A stretch of 64,000 nucleotides of DNA from Desulfobulbaceae bacterium UBA5121 (GTDB lineage Bacteria > Desulfobacterota > Desulfobulbia > Desulfobulbales > UBA5123): NCBI GenBank assembly GCA_002414225.1, contig DHYV01000016.1, positions 52,649 through 116,648 on the forward strand. The letters are read 5' to 3'. The notes beneath the pieces are model-generated. The model worked only from the letters and a program-made list of their open reading frames with translations, did not search any database and was not told where the DNA came from. Shown here piece by piece: positions 40,149 to 49,170 of the stretch. The translations under genes were made by a program, and so were the position numbers. Position 1 is the first letter of the stretch; each line of letters begins with the position of its first letter.

Positions 40149-40811
40149 GCGCACTGAACCGGCGTTTCCGGCCGTGGGCGGGAAGGCGTGCGGGCTGATG
40201 GGGAAGGTTTATTCTTGTGCTCCCGCGGGTGTTGGGGGGGCATCTCCGCTGGCCGGCCGGGCGTGTTCCACGCCTATCGGGGTTACCGTGGTGCCACCTA
40301 TCGACACTCACCCTCCGGTTTTACTGATCTCGGTTTTCTGGCCCGGCCACGGTGCGTTTCCCGGGGGACTTTTTTTTGGGAAAACAAAATAAATCATGCC
40401 GTTCCGGGGCAGGCGTTGTGAGGAGGTATGGGGCAGGAGCGCCGGAGGTGTGTTTTTGGGGGAACGGGTTAGTATTAAATTAAATAATTAAAATTAGGGT
40501 TCGCAATGTTTATTGGTATGTAATTAATTGCTTTAGTTTCTGTGGAAGGTGTGTTATGTAACTTCTGGTTTAAAATAAAACGTGAAGTATTAATTTTTTG
40601 TAATGGATACACCTTTTGGGTGCAGTTGCGGACCCTCAAGGGTAACGTGCTGTCTGCATTGCAGATATGCGTGGAGCGAGTGCGAACGACCGGTATCCTT
40701 CGACGGTGTTTCCCGAGTTACGGGCTGCGTCGGAAGTCGGCTCCTCCTGGGCGCGGCCGTTGCGGTGAGCGCTTGGTGAAGCCATCTTTTTAGATTTTAT
40801 TTCATATATTT

Positions 40812-41378
40812 ATGGTTCAGGAAGCCATGGCCATCCAGCATCCCTTCTATTTCTTGTCCGCCGCGTTTGCCTATCCCACCGTCCCGGAAAAGCAACCTCA
40901 GGTTGCCGGGGCGCTTACCTCCCTTGCCGTTGACCTGGGCATTGCCAAGGACGATGCCGATCTTTCCGGCGACATGCCGTATGAGGAGTTGCAGGCAGAG
41001 TACGTCCGTCTCTTTGTCAACGCCCCCGGGGGGGTGCCGGCCCCGCCCTATGCATCGATCTACGTGCAGGGCTGTGGCTTCATGATGCAGGAGGGGCACG
41101 CTCAGGCCATGGCCTTCTATCGCCGGGCCGGCCTGGAGCCGGCGGCGTTCGACGAATGCGGCGATCACCTCCGCTACGAACTCGCCTTTGTCGGCCATCT
41201 GCTCGACGATGAAGCGCTGCCGATGCTCAATGAATTCCTCGACGAGCATCTCCTCCAATGGTTTCCCGACTTCCTGCTGCGTTTGAACGCGGCACAGCCT
41301 TGTCCTTTTTACCGATTACTCGGTCAAGTTACAGAGGTATGTCTCAACAATATTCAGAGGGAGGTTGTACATGGATAG
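40812..41378 (+). CDS. TorD/DmsD/NarJ-family redox-enzyme maturation chaperone
   Basis: YPFYFLSAAFAYP...LQAEYVRLFVN...PPYASIY...DHLRYELAFVGHLL is the typical TorD-like pattern. The 3' end overlaps the start of the molybdoenzyme gene. The start is uncertain (ATG 40812 or 40827). Confidence 0.7.
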   Translation: MVQEAMAIQHPFYFLSAAFAYPTVPEKQPQVAGALTSLAVDLGIAKDDADLSGDMPYEELQAEYVRLFVNAPGGVPAPPYASIYVQGCGFMMQEGHAQAMAFYRRAGLEPAAFDECGDHLRYELAFVGHLLDDEALPMLNEFLDEHLLQWFPDFLLRLNAAQPCPFYRLLGQVTEVCLNNIQREVVHG

Positions 41379-43671
41379 ACGACATTTTCTGAAGATGTCA
41401 ACGGCCAGCGCCGTTGCCATAGCCGCATCTGCCATGGATGTTCCGGGGCAGGGTGGCCTTTTCCGTGCCGCGCAGGCGGGTCCGATGCCGCCGGGTAACG
41501 GCACCGGCAGCATGGGGGCCACCGAGGTTACCTCGGTCTGCGAAATGTGTTTCTGGCGGTGTCCCATCGTCGCCAAGGTCAGGGACGGCAAGGTGGTGAA
41601 GATCGAGGGCAACCCCAAGAGCCCGGTAAACGGCACCAGGGTGTGCGCCCGCGGCAACTCCGGTGTGCAGCTTCTCTATGATCCCGACCGGATCAAATAT
41701 CCCCTGAAGCGGGTCGGTGCCCGCGGCGAGGGCAAGTGGGCCAGGATCTCCTGGGACGAGGCCCTGGGTGAGATCGCCCATAACATGAAGAAGGTCAAAG
41801 AGAAGTACGGCCCCCATGCCCTGGCCTATTTCGACCATGGCGCCTCGGCAGAGAACATGCGCGAGATTTTCCAGGCCATGGGGACCGAGAATTTCACCAG
41901 CGAGCCGGCCTTCTATCAGTGCGTCGGTCCCGCCGCCCTGGCCTATCTGCAGACCGTGGGCTACATCACCACAGGTACCCGGCAGTTCAACGACATGGGC
42001 AACTCCAAGGCCATGCTGTTTGTCGCCTCTCACGTCGGCGAGAATGTCCACGTGTCACATGTCCACGAGTTCATCACCGGCCTGGCCAAGGGGTCGGAAC
42101 TGGTGGTGGTTGACCCGCGTTTCTCGGTGGCCGCCAATAAGGCCAAGATCCACCTGGCCATCCGGCCCGGCACCGATACCGCCCTGATGCTCGCCTGGAT
42201 CAATTACGTCATCGAGAAGGGGCTTTACAACAAGGAGTTCGTCGCCAACAAGTGCGAGGGGTTCGATGCCCTCAAAAAGGCGGTCAAGGGCTACTCCATG
42301 GAGTGGGCGGCCCGGATCTGCGATCTGAAAATCGACGACATGAAGGCCGCCATTGAGTTGCTGGCCAAGGCGAGCCCCAACGTCAACATCCATCCCGGCC
42401 GCCATTCCACCTGGTACGGCAAGGGCGACGTGGGCCGTCATCAGACCTATGCCATCCTCACCGCGCTCTTCGGCGCCGTGGGCGTGCCGGGCGGTATCTA
42501 CTTCCCCACCGCGGTGAAGACGGGCCACTCCGAAGGCATCGAGGAGAGCCTGAAAAAGGTGGCGCCCGCCAAGGTTTCCCTCAAGAACGATTCGGGCTAC
42601 CCCTTCTCCAGCGTCTTCGGTACGGTCACCGCCGATATCATCAAGGCGATCAACACTGGTAAGCCCTATCCTATCAAGCTCCTCGGGGTGAACGGCGTCA
42701 ACATTATCCAGACCATCCCCAATCCCTACGAAACCATGAAGGCGATCAACAACCTCGACTTTATCTTCTGCCAGGAGATGATGGCTGGAGAGACCGCCAT
42801 CTGGTCGGATATCGTCTTGCCCGACGCGGTCTATCTCGAGCGCTACGACGGGGTGTATGCCTACGAGGGCCTCACTCCGTACCTCACCGTGCGTCAACCG
42901 GTGGTGCCGGCCATGTACGAGTGCCAGCCGCCGTATTGGATTGCCGCCCAGCTGGCCAAGCATCTTGGCATCGACGGTTACCATAAGAGTGTCGAGGAGG
43001 CCATCGACGAGGAACTGGCCGGAGCCGGCACCTCCATTGCCAAACTCAACAAGGAGGGCGGCATCGTCACCTATCCGGGCAACCCTTACCGGGATGCCAA
43101 GACGCTTAATGTAGGCACCGAATCGGGCAAGATCCAGCTGGCCGTGGAGGCCTTTGCCGACGAAGACCTCGACGCCGTTCCCAAGTTCGAGCCCACCCCG
43201 GTGCCGCCCACCGGTTTTGCCCGGCTTCTCTATGGCCGGTCGCCGGTGCACACCTTCAGCCGTACCATGAACAACCTCTGGCTCCATAACGAAATTCCGG
43301 AGAACAAGCTCTGGCTCAACGATCAGGTGGCCAAGCGGCTGGGTATCAGCATGGACGAGGAGGTGGTCCTCGAAAATCAGGACGGCAAGCGCTCCAATCC
43401 CATCAAGGTGCTGGTCACCCCGGGCATCCGGCCCGACGCCGTCTACATGGCGCACGGCTTTGGCAGCAAGTCGCCTCATCTCTCCCGCGCCTACGGCAAG
43501 GGAGCGGCCGACGGCTTCCTGATCACCGAAACGGTTGCGGACCCCTTCATCGGTGCCACCAGCAAACGGACCAACTTTGTCAGGATCGTCAAGGGGGGCA
43601 AGGTGCTCGATATCCCCGAGTTGATTCCGGTGCCCGCCGAGCTTCCCAAATATGTCCTGAAAAACGCCTGA
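41371..43671 (+). CDS. Molybdopterin oxidoreductase catalytic subunit, PsrA/PhsA (polysulfide/thiosulfate reductase)-like
   Basis: Tat signal MDRRHFLKMSTASAVAIAASA. N-terminal FeS motif CEMCFWRCPIVAKVRDGKVVKIEGNPKSPVNGTRVCARGNSG, closely parallel to Salmonella PhsA as I recall it (CEMCSFRCPI...GTRICARGGSG). A Cys is present at the expected Mo-ligand position (FYQCVGPA). GAGGGAGG Shine-Dalgarno. Confidence 0.8.
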   Translation: MDRRHFLKMSTASAVAIAASAMDVPGQGGLFRAAQAGPMPPGNGTGSMGATEVTSVCEMCFWRCPIVAKVRDGKVVKIEGNPKSPVNGTRVCARGNSGVQLLYDPDRIKYPLKRVGARGEGKWARISWDEALGEIAHNMKKVKEKYGPHALAYFDHGASAENMREIFQAMGTENFTSEPAFYQCVGPAALAYLQTVGYITTGTRQFNDMGNSKAMLFVASHVGENVHVSHVHEFITGLAKGSELVVVDPRFSVAANKAKIHLAIRPGTDTALMLAWINYVIEKGLYNKEFVANKCEGFDALKKAVKGYSMEWAARICDLKIDDMKAAIELLAKASPNVNIHPGRHSTWYGKGDVGRHQTYAILTALFGAVGVPGGIYFPTAVKTGHSEGIEESLKKVAPAKVSLKNDSGYPFSSVFGTVTADIIKAINTGKPYPIKLLGVNGVNIIQTIPNPYETMKAINNLDFIFCQEMMAGETAIWSDIVLPDAVYLERYDGVYAYEGLTPYLTVRQPVVPAMYECQPPYWIAAQLAKHLGIDGYHKSVEEAIDEELAGAGTSIAKLNKEGGIVTYPGNPYRDAKTLNVGTESGKIQLAVEAFADEDLDAVPKFEPTPVPPTGFARLLYGRSPVHTFSRTMNNLWLHNEIPENKLWLNDQVAKRLGISMDEEVVLENQDGKRSNPIKVLVTPGIRPDAVYMAHGFGSKSPHLSRAYGKGAADGFLITETVADPFIGATSKRTNFVRIVKGGKVLDIPELIPVPAELPKYVLKNA

Positions 43672-43684
43672 GAGGAGAAGAGCG

Positions 43685-44491
43685 ATGAATCAATACGCCA
43701 TGGTGATAGACTTAAACCGTTGTGTGGGTTGCCATGCCTGCGCGGTGGCCTGCCGCGCCGAGTGGCAGGTGCCGGTGAAGGAAGGGTGGCGCCGTAACTG
43801 GGTACACCGCCTTGGGCCCGCCAATACCGCGCACGGCATTTCCTTTACCTTCTACCCCGGTCTCTGCAACCACTGCGACCGGCCGGCCTGTGTTGCCGTC
43901 TGCCCGGCCGATCCGGTGGATATGACCTTTACCGATGCCAAGACCGGTCAGACCAAGACCATGAAGGTGGCGGCCACCTTCAAGGATCCCTTCAACGGCA
44001 CGGTGCAGATCGACAAGACCCGTTGTCTTGGCTGCGGCGCCTGCCGTGATGCCTGTCCTTACGGGGCGCGCTACGTGAACACCGAAGTCGCCAACAAGGA
44101 TCTGGGCGGCGAGGGCATCGCTGATAAGTGCACCTTCTGTATGCCGCGGGTGGAGGCCGGCTTGCAGCCCGCCTGCGTGCAGACCTGTATCGCCGACGCC
44201 CGTATCTTCGGCCGCAAGGATGCCCCCGAGATCGCCAAGTATCTCAAGGATGGCGCCAAACGGCTGGAGTCGGCCAACGTCCAGATCGGTCCCAACGTCT
44301 ACTACGCGGGGGCGGCCAAGGATCTGGCCCTCCTTGACGCCACCTCGACTCCCAAGACCATGCCCGAGGCCAATCTGCGCCGGTCGCTGCTTGCCGGTCT
44401 GGTCAGGCCGGCCCGGAAGAAGGCCGAAAAAGTCGGCATGGCCGGCAGCCTGTTGGGCAGGCTGCTCGCCCAGGAAGAGAACAAGGGGTAG
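43685..44491 (+). CDS. 4x[4Fe-4S] electron-transfer subunit (PsrB/PhsB/DmsB-like)
   Basis: CVGCHACAVACRAEW, CNHCDRPACVAVCP, CLGCGACRDACPYGA and CTFCMPRVEAGLQPACVQTC. It has an internal insertion and a basic C-terminal tail of about 50 aa that I do not remember in PhsB. Confidence 0.85.
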   Translation: MNQYAMVIDLNRCVGCHACAVACRAEWQVPVKEGWRRNWVHRLGPANTAHGISFTFYPGLCNHCDRPACVAVCPADPVDMTFTDAKTGQTKTMKVAATFKDPFNGTVQIDKTRCLGCGACRDACPYGARYVNTEVANKDLGGEGIADKCTFCMPRVEAGLQPACVQTCIADARIFGRKDAPEIAKYLKDGAKRLESANVQIGPNVYYAGAAKDLALLDATSTPKTMPEANLRRSLLAGLVRPARKKAEKVGMAGSLLGRLLAQEENKG

Positions 44492-44540
44492 TCGTCCCTT
44501 TTTCACCCCCCGTTGGTTGGCACAACGGGCGTTTTCCGTT

Positions 44541-44578
44541 TCCCCTGCCGCCGGTAACGGCGACAGGGGATTTTTTTT
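44541..44578 (+). terminator. Rho-independent terminator after the PsrAB-like operon
   Basis: Stem TCCCCTG...CAGGGGA enclosing CGCCG-GTAA-CGGCG, followed by T8 (44571-44578). Confidence 0.75.
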
Positions 44579-44699
44579 GCCTTCTGCTCGGGGGGGGGGC
44601 GGTTGGCGGAGATATTTTTGGTCCGACTTGCGGATGATGATTAAGGTATGGGTAAGATCGACGCTCCCCGCCGCAAACAGCGGGTGAAGGAGGTGCGCC

Positions 44700-45737
44700 A
44701 TGAAAGTCATCCAACTCGTTTTTCCCCTGACCCTGCTGGCCTCTTTCTGGGCCATGGCAGCACCGGCGGACGCGGCGGGCGCAAATTTCCGCAAGGCGAC
44801 CTTTGCCGGGGGATGTTTCTGGTGCGTGGAGAAGCCCTTCGATGGCCTGGCCGGGGTACTTTCGGCGACCTCTGGCTACACCGGCGGCACCAGTGTCAAC
44901 CCGACCTATGCGACTTATGCCGCCGGTGGCCATCTGGAGGCGGTGGAGGTTCTCTTCGATCCGGAGCGGATCTCCTACCAGAGCCTGCTCGACGTCTACT
45001 GGCGGCAGATCGACCCCACCGACCCGGACGGGCAGTTCGTTGACCGGGGACATGCCTACACCACCGCCATCTTCTACCACGACCCGGAACAACAGCGGTT
45101 GGCGGAAGCGTCCAGGCAGCGGCTCGCGGCACGCCACGTCTACGACAAGCCCATCGTCACCGTCATTCGGCCGGCCACCACTTTCTATCCGGCCGAGGGG
45201 GATCATCAGGACTACTACAAGCAGAACCCGCTGCGGTATCACTACTATCGGGAGCGGTCGGGACGGGACGGTTATCTCGACCGAATCTGGGGCTCGGGTC
45301 GTAAGCTCCTCACCGAGCGTGAGCTGCGGCGACAGTTGACCCCGCTCCAGTACCGGGTGACCCAGGAGGAGGCCACGGAACCCGCCTTCGCCAACGCTTA
45401 CTGGGATAACAGGCGATCTGGTATCTACGTGGACCTCGTGTCCGGCGAACCGTTGTTCAGCTCGCTGGACAAGTTCGATTCGGGCACCGGCTGGCCCAGT
45501 TTCAGCAAGCCGCTGGTGGCCGCCAATGTAGTCGAGCGAGAGGATCACGGCTTCTTTCAGACCCGGACCGAGGTGCGTAGCCGCCTCGGCGACTCCCATC
45601 TCGGCCATGTCTTTGCCGATGGCCCGGCGCCCACAGGACTGCGGTACTGCATCAATTCGGCGGCCCTGCGGTTTGTGGCGAAGGAGAGACTCGCCAGTGA
45701 AGGGTATGGCAGGTTCCTGAAGCTCTTTGGACGATAG
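44700..45737 (+). CDS. msrAB: Secreted bifunctional methionine sulfoxide reductase MsrA-MsrB fusion
   Basis: Signal peptide [25 protein letters not shown]. MsrA active site [11 protein letters not shown]. MsrB domain with GWPSF and the catalytic [19 protein letters not shown] Shine-Dalgarno. Confidence 0.9.
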   Translation: MKVIQLVFPLTLLASFWAMAAPADAAGANFRKATFAGGCFWCVEKPFDGLAGVLSATSGYTGGTSVNPTYATYAAGGHLEAVEVLFDPERISYQSLLDVYWRQIDPTDPDGQFVDRGHAYTTAIFYHDPEQQRLAEASRQRLAARHVYDKPIVTVIRPATTFYPAEGDHQDYYKQNPLRYHYYRERSGRDGYLDRIWGSGRKLLTERELRRQLTPLQYRVTQEEATEPAFANAYWDNRRSGIYVDLVSGEPLFSSLDKFDSGTGWPSFSKPLVAANVVEREDHGFFQTRTEVRSRLGDSHLGHVFADGPAPTGLRYCINSAALRFVAKERLASEGYGRFLKLFGR

Positions 45738-45838
45738 GCGCTCGCGCGGGAAAGGGCGGGTTTCCGTCCGGATCAGGGGCGGGTTGCCTGCGGGCCCTCC
45801 CTGGTTTTGAGGGGGGGACTCGGGAACGGCCGGAGTCG

Positions 45839-46465
45839 TTACTTTGAGGCGTGGGCCTGGATGATCTCCTGCAGGGCCTGCCAGTCCACGGTACTCTGCC
45901 GACAGTTGGGGCGGGCGAGGAGGACCACTTGGGGCACGACCTTGAGTCCGTGGCTGCCCAGGGTGCCGTCCGGCGCCAGGTTGCGGGGATGGAGGTATTT
46001 CTCGCAGAGGTCGTTGGTGCAGAGACAGCCGATCACTCCCCGGGGCCGGTGTCGCTCGATCTGGCGGATGAGGAAGTCTCGGCTGCGCAGCACGCCGGTG
46101 CTCTTGTGGAGGCGGCCGCTGACCACGATCCGGGCGTCCCGGTAACCGAGGTTCAACGCCAGCTGCCGGGTGGTCCGCAGCTGGCAGGGCAGAGCGCAGT
46201 CGTCGGGGCAGAGCAGTCCCTCGGCCAGGTCGATGTGGGTCGGGCACTCCCGGGGCCGCAGGCAGTAGGGGAGGAAGAGCATCCGTTCGGCAAAGGGAAT
46301 GGTGAGAAAGCGGCGGTGGAAAAAGGTGTTGGCGGCGGCGACCACCCGCCGGGCGTAGCGGTCTTTGTCGAGGGCCGGCAAGAGCCGCTCCAGCGGCCGG
46401 TAGAGATAGACCAGCAGGGGCAGGGCGACGGCGGCAGGCAGAAAGGTCATGAAGTGGCGAGGCAA
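45839..46465 (-). CDS. Cys-rich membrane-anchored protein, DUF116-like
   Basis: N-terminal TM segment, then LFLPYCLRPRECP...LLCPDDCALPC...VIGCLCTNDLCEKY. The pattern recalls DUF116, but the family call is tentative. Confidence 0.5.
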   Translation of the reverse strand: MPRHFMTFLPAAVALPLLVYLYRPLERLLPALDKDRYARRVVAAANTFFHRRFLTIPFAERMLFLPYCLRPRECPTHIDLAEGLLCPDDCALPCQLRTTRQLALNLGYRDARIVVSGRLHKSTGVLRSRDFLIRQIERHRPRGVIGCLCTNDLCEKYLHPRNLAPDGTLGSHGLKVVPQVVLLARPNCRQSTVDWQALQEIIQAHASK

Positions 46466-46662
46466 AGGGATGGGTGAAGATCGGCTTTGGTTTCTCCAGC
46501 CATCCGGATCGGGAGGACCAAGGGGGTATTGGGGCGCGGCGGGTTTCGCGTCCCGGAGGTGATCTGGCGGAGCGCCTTTATCCTACCTGAAATGACTACC
46601 TGACACAAGCCGGGATCGATCCATGCCGGCCCGGATCGCCAGGGAAAAGGAGACAGCGTTGG

Positions 46663-46696
46663 GCGTTTGCGCCCCCGGCAAGGGGGGCGCAAACGC
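46663..46696 (-). terminator. Candidate terminator hairpin downstream of nrdJ
   Basis: 14-bp stem (46663-46676 pairs with 46683-46696; GCGTTTGCGCCCCC / GGGGGCGCAAACGC), 24 nt after the nrdJ stop. The U-tract on the minus strand is weak (CTTTTCC). Confidence 0.45.
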
Positions 46697-46719
46697 TCAT
46701 GCACGGAAGATTTCGTAAC

Positions 46720-48990
46720 TCAGGCACACTCCGAGTAGCCGCAGGCGTGGCAGATGCAGCAACCGCCCTCATGCTCGATGACCCCACCGCACTCGGGGCA
46801 AGCGCCGAACATGGCGTTGCTGTCGTTGAGCGAGGCGTCCTTAAAGCCGTTGCTCCGCTCCAGATGGAGGCGGACGGCCTGGGCAATGGCGTCGGCGCAG
46901 GAAGTGACCCGTTTTTCCCCAAAGCCGAACGGTTTGTGGCAGCTGATGCCGATGAGCTGCTTGACAATGGGCTCGGCTGCCATGCCGCTCCGCCAGGCGA
47001 GCGAAACCAGGCGGCCGATGGCCTCGCACTGGCTGGCGGCACACCCTCCAGCCTTGCCCACGGTGTTGAAGAGTTCAAAGGGGCGGCGTTTGTCGTCCTC
47101 GTTGATGGTGACGTACATGGGGCCGCAGCCGGTGGTCATTTGATAGGTGCAGCCGGAGAGCATGGCAGGCCGGTCGCGTTTGATGGGGCGGCCGGTCGTG
47201 GGGGTGGGGGCCACTGCCGCGGTCTTGGTGTCGGTCTTGCCGATGCTCAGCACCTGACCCTCCCGGCAGCCGTCCCGGTAGATGGTGACTCCCTTGCAGT
47301 TCAACTGGTAGGAGAGGAGGAATGCCTCCTTGACATCCTCTTCGGTGGCGCTTTGGGAGAAGTTGATGGTCTTGCTCACCGCGTTGTTGGTGTGTTTCTG
47401 GAAGGCGGCCTGAATATCGATGTGGTTGCGGGGAGTGATGTCGTGGGCGGTTTCGAAGACCTGCCGGTACTTGGTCGGGATGGCGCTGATCCCCTGCACC
47501 GAGCCGTTGTGGGCGATGTCGCGGATCAAGTCCTTGGAGTAGAACCCCTCCCGGACGGCGATCGCCTCGAAGAGCGGGTTGACCTCGAAGAGTTCGTCGT
47601 TATCCATCACCCGGCGGACGTAGGAAACGGCAAAGAGGGGTTCGACTCCGCTGGAGGCACCGGCCAGCAGGCTGATGGTGCCGGTGGGGGCGATGGTGGT
47701 GCGGGTGGCGTTGCGCACCGGGGTGTGCGGGTCGCGCTGGCCATAGATGCTGTCGGTAAAGTTGGGGAAGGGGCCGCGCTTTTCGGCGAGTTTCACCGAG
47801 GCGGCGAGGGCCGTGTCGTCGATGAAGCGCATCACCTCCTCGGCGGTGGTGGTCGCCTCGTGGGAGGAGTAGGAGATCTCGAGCTGGATGAGCATGTCGG
47901 CGAATCCCATCACCCCCAGGCCGATTTTGCGGTTCTGTTTGGTCACCTTTTCGATTTGGGGCAGGGGATAGTTGTTGATGTCCACCACGTTGTCCAGGAA
48001 GTGGACCGCCAGCCGCACGGTGCGGCCGAGTTTGTCGTAGTCGACCTTGCCGTCGGCCACCATGTGGGCCAGGTTGATGGAGCCCAGGTTGCATGATTCG
48101 TAGGGCAGCAGCGGCTGTTCGCCGCAGGGGTTGGTGCTCTCGATGGCGCCGGCGGCGGGCGTGGGGTTCTCGGCGTTGATCCGGTCGATGAAGACGATGC
48201 CAGGCTCTCCCGACAACCATGCCTGTTTGACGATCTGCCGGAAAACCTTGGCAGCGTTCTGCATCCGCACCACCTCCTTGTTGCGGGGGTTGATCAGCGG
48301 ATAGTCCTGGTTGTTGGCCAGCGCGGTCATGAAGTCGTCGGTGATGGCCACCGACAGGTTGAAGTTGTGGAGCACGGCCAGATCCGCCTTGACCTTGATG
48401 AAGTCCATGATGTCAGGATGGTCCACCCGGAGAATGGCCATGTTGGCGCCGCGCCGGGTACCGCCCTGCTTGATGGTTTCGGTGGCGCAATCAAAGACCG
48501 ACATGAAGGAAAGCGGGCCGCTTGAGATCCCCTTGGTGGAGTGAACCACGTCGTTCTTGGGGCGGATGCGGGAGAAGGAAAAACCGGTGCCGCCGCCGCT
48601 CTGGTGGATGAGAGCGGTCTGCTTCACCGCCTCGAATATGCTGTCCATGGAGTCCTCCACCGGCAGCACGAAGCAGGCGGAGAGCTGTCCAAGCTCCCGG
48701 CCGGCGTTCATCAGGGTGGGCGAGTTGGGCAGGAAATCGAGGTTGGCCATCAGGGTGTAGAATTCCCGGGCCAGGGCATCGACATCGGTCTCGGGGCCGT
48801 AGTTGCGGTCGCCGGCGGCAATGGTCTGGGCCACCCGCCAGAGCATCTCCTCGGGGGCCTCCAGCACTTTGCCGTGCAGGTCTTTCTTAAGGTAGCGGCG
48901 TTCGAGGACGGTAATGGCGTTGGCAGAGAAACTCGGCTTGGGAACGCCGGCGGGCAGCTTGGTTGTTTTGGCGGGTGACTTTTTGGGCAT
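46720..48990 (-). CDS. nrdJ: Class II (adenosylcobalamin-dependent) ribonucleoside-diphosphate/triphosphate reductase
   Basis: ITVLERRYLKKD..., LPNSPTLMNAG, SACFVLPV, active-site NPCGEQPLLPYESCNLGS, and a C-terminal Cys-rich tail CPECGGVIEHEGGCCICHACGYSEC. The start was chosen at MPKKSPAK. Confidence 0.9.
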   Translation of the reverse strand: MPKKSPAKTTKLPAGVPKPSFSANAITVLERRYLKKDLHGKVLEAPEEMLWRVAQTIAAGDRNYGPETDVDALAREFYTLMANLDFLPNSPTLMNAGRELGQLSACFVLPVEDSMDSIFEAVKQTALIHQSGGGTGFSFSRIRPKNDVVHSTKGISSGPLSFMSVFDCATETIKQGGTRRGANMAILRVDHPDIMDFIKVKADLAVLHNFNLSVAITDDFMTALANNQDYPLINPRNKEVVRMQNAAKVFRQIVKQAWLSGEPGIVFIDRINAENPTPAAGAIESTNPCGEQPLLPYESCNLGSINLAHMVADGKVDYDKLGRTVRLAVHFLDNVVDINNYPLPQIEKVTKQNRKIGLGVMGFADMLIQLEISYSSHEATTTAEEVMRFIDDTALAASVKLAEKRGPFPNFTDSIYGQRDPHTPVRNATRTTIAPTGTISLLAGASSGVEPLFAVSYVRRVMDNDELFEVNPLFEAIAVREGFYSKDLIRDIAHNGSVQGISAIPTKYRQVFETAHDITPRNHIDIQAAFQKHTNNAVSKTINFSQSATEEDVKEAFLLSYQLNCKGVTIYRDGCREGQVLSIGKTDTKTAAVAPTPTTGRPIKRDRPAMLSGCTYQMTTGCGPMYVTINEDDKRRPFELFNTVGKAGGCAASQCEAIGRLVSLAWRSGMAAEPIVKQLIGISCHKPFGFGEKRVTSCADAIAQAVRLHLERSNGFKDASLNDSNAMFGACPECGGVIEHEGGCCICHACGYSECA

Positions 48991-49170
48991 GGGTGCTCCT
49001 GGTCCAGTGGTAGGGTTGATGATTCTGTTCCGTAACCGGCGGTGCGGGCGGAGTGCGAAACCACGCACCTAATGGTCACGGCCCGTTGTCCGATGCCGGT
49101 CGGCGTGCGAGACAAGGGGTGCAATTCGTAACAGTCGGAATTTGCGGGTTTTTCAGTGAGAAGGCGTGGT

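Noticed and set aside
40542-40793. 83-aa ORF in the AT-rich leader upstream of the TorD-like gene.
   Set aside because: No Shine-Dalgarno, odd composition (it starts in AT-rich DNA and ends in GC-rich DNA) and no recognisable motif. More likely non-coding leader or regulatory DNA.
42055-43479. 474-aa minus-strand ORF inside the PsrA-like gene (also 41398..42051 on the minus strand).
   Set aside because: An antisense high-GC artefact. The plus-strand frame carries the molybdopterin oxidoreductase motifs.
41371-43671. Possibility of selenocysteine (in-frame TGA) recoding in the molybdoenzymes (also napA, 34675..37182).
   Set aside because: Both genes read through without internal stops, and a Cys occupies the expected Mo-ligand position. 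No SECIS-like requirement is apparent.
44403-46247. 614-aa minus-strand ORF spanning msrAB and part of the DUF116-like gene.
   Set aside because: It is antisense to a clearly recognisable MsrA-MsrB fusion and has Pro/Arg/Gly-rich junk composition.
46699-48096. 465-aa plus-strand ORF (and 47600..48220 on the minus strand, out of frame) within nrdJ.
   Set aside because: It is antisense or out of frame relative to a well-supported class II RNR. Gly/Ala/Val/Asp/His-rich with no domains.
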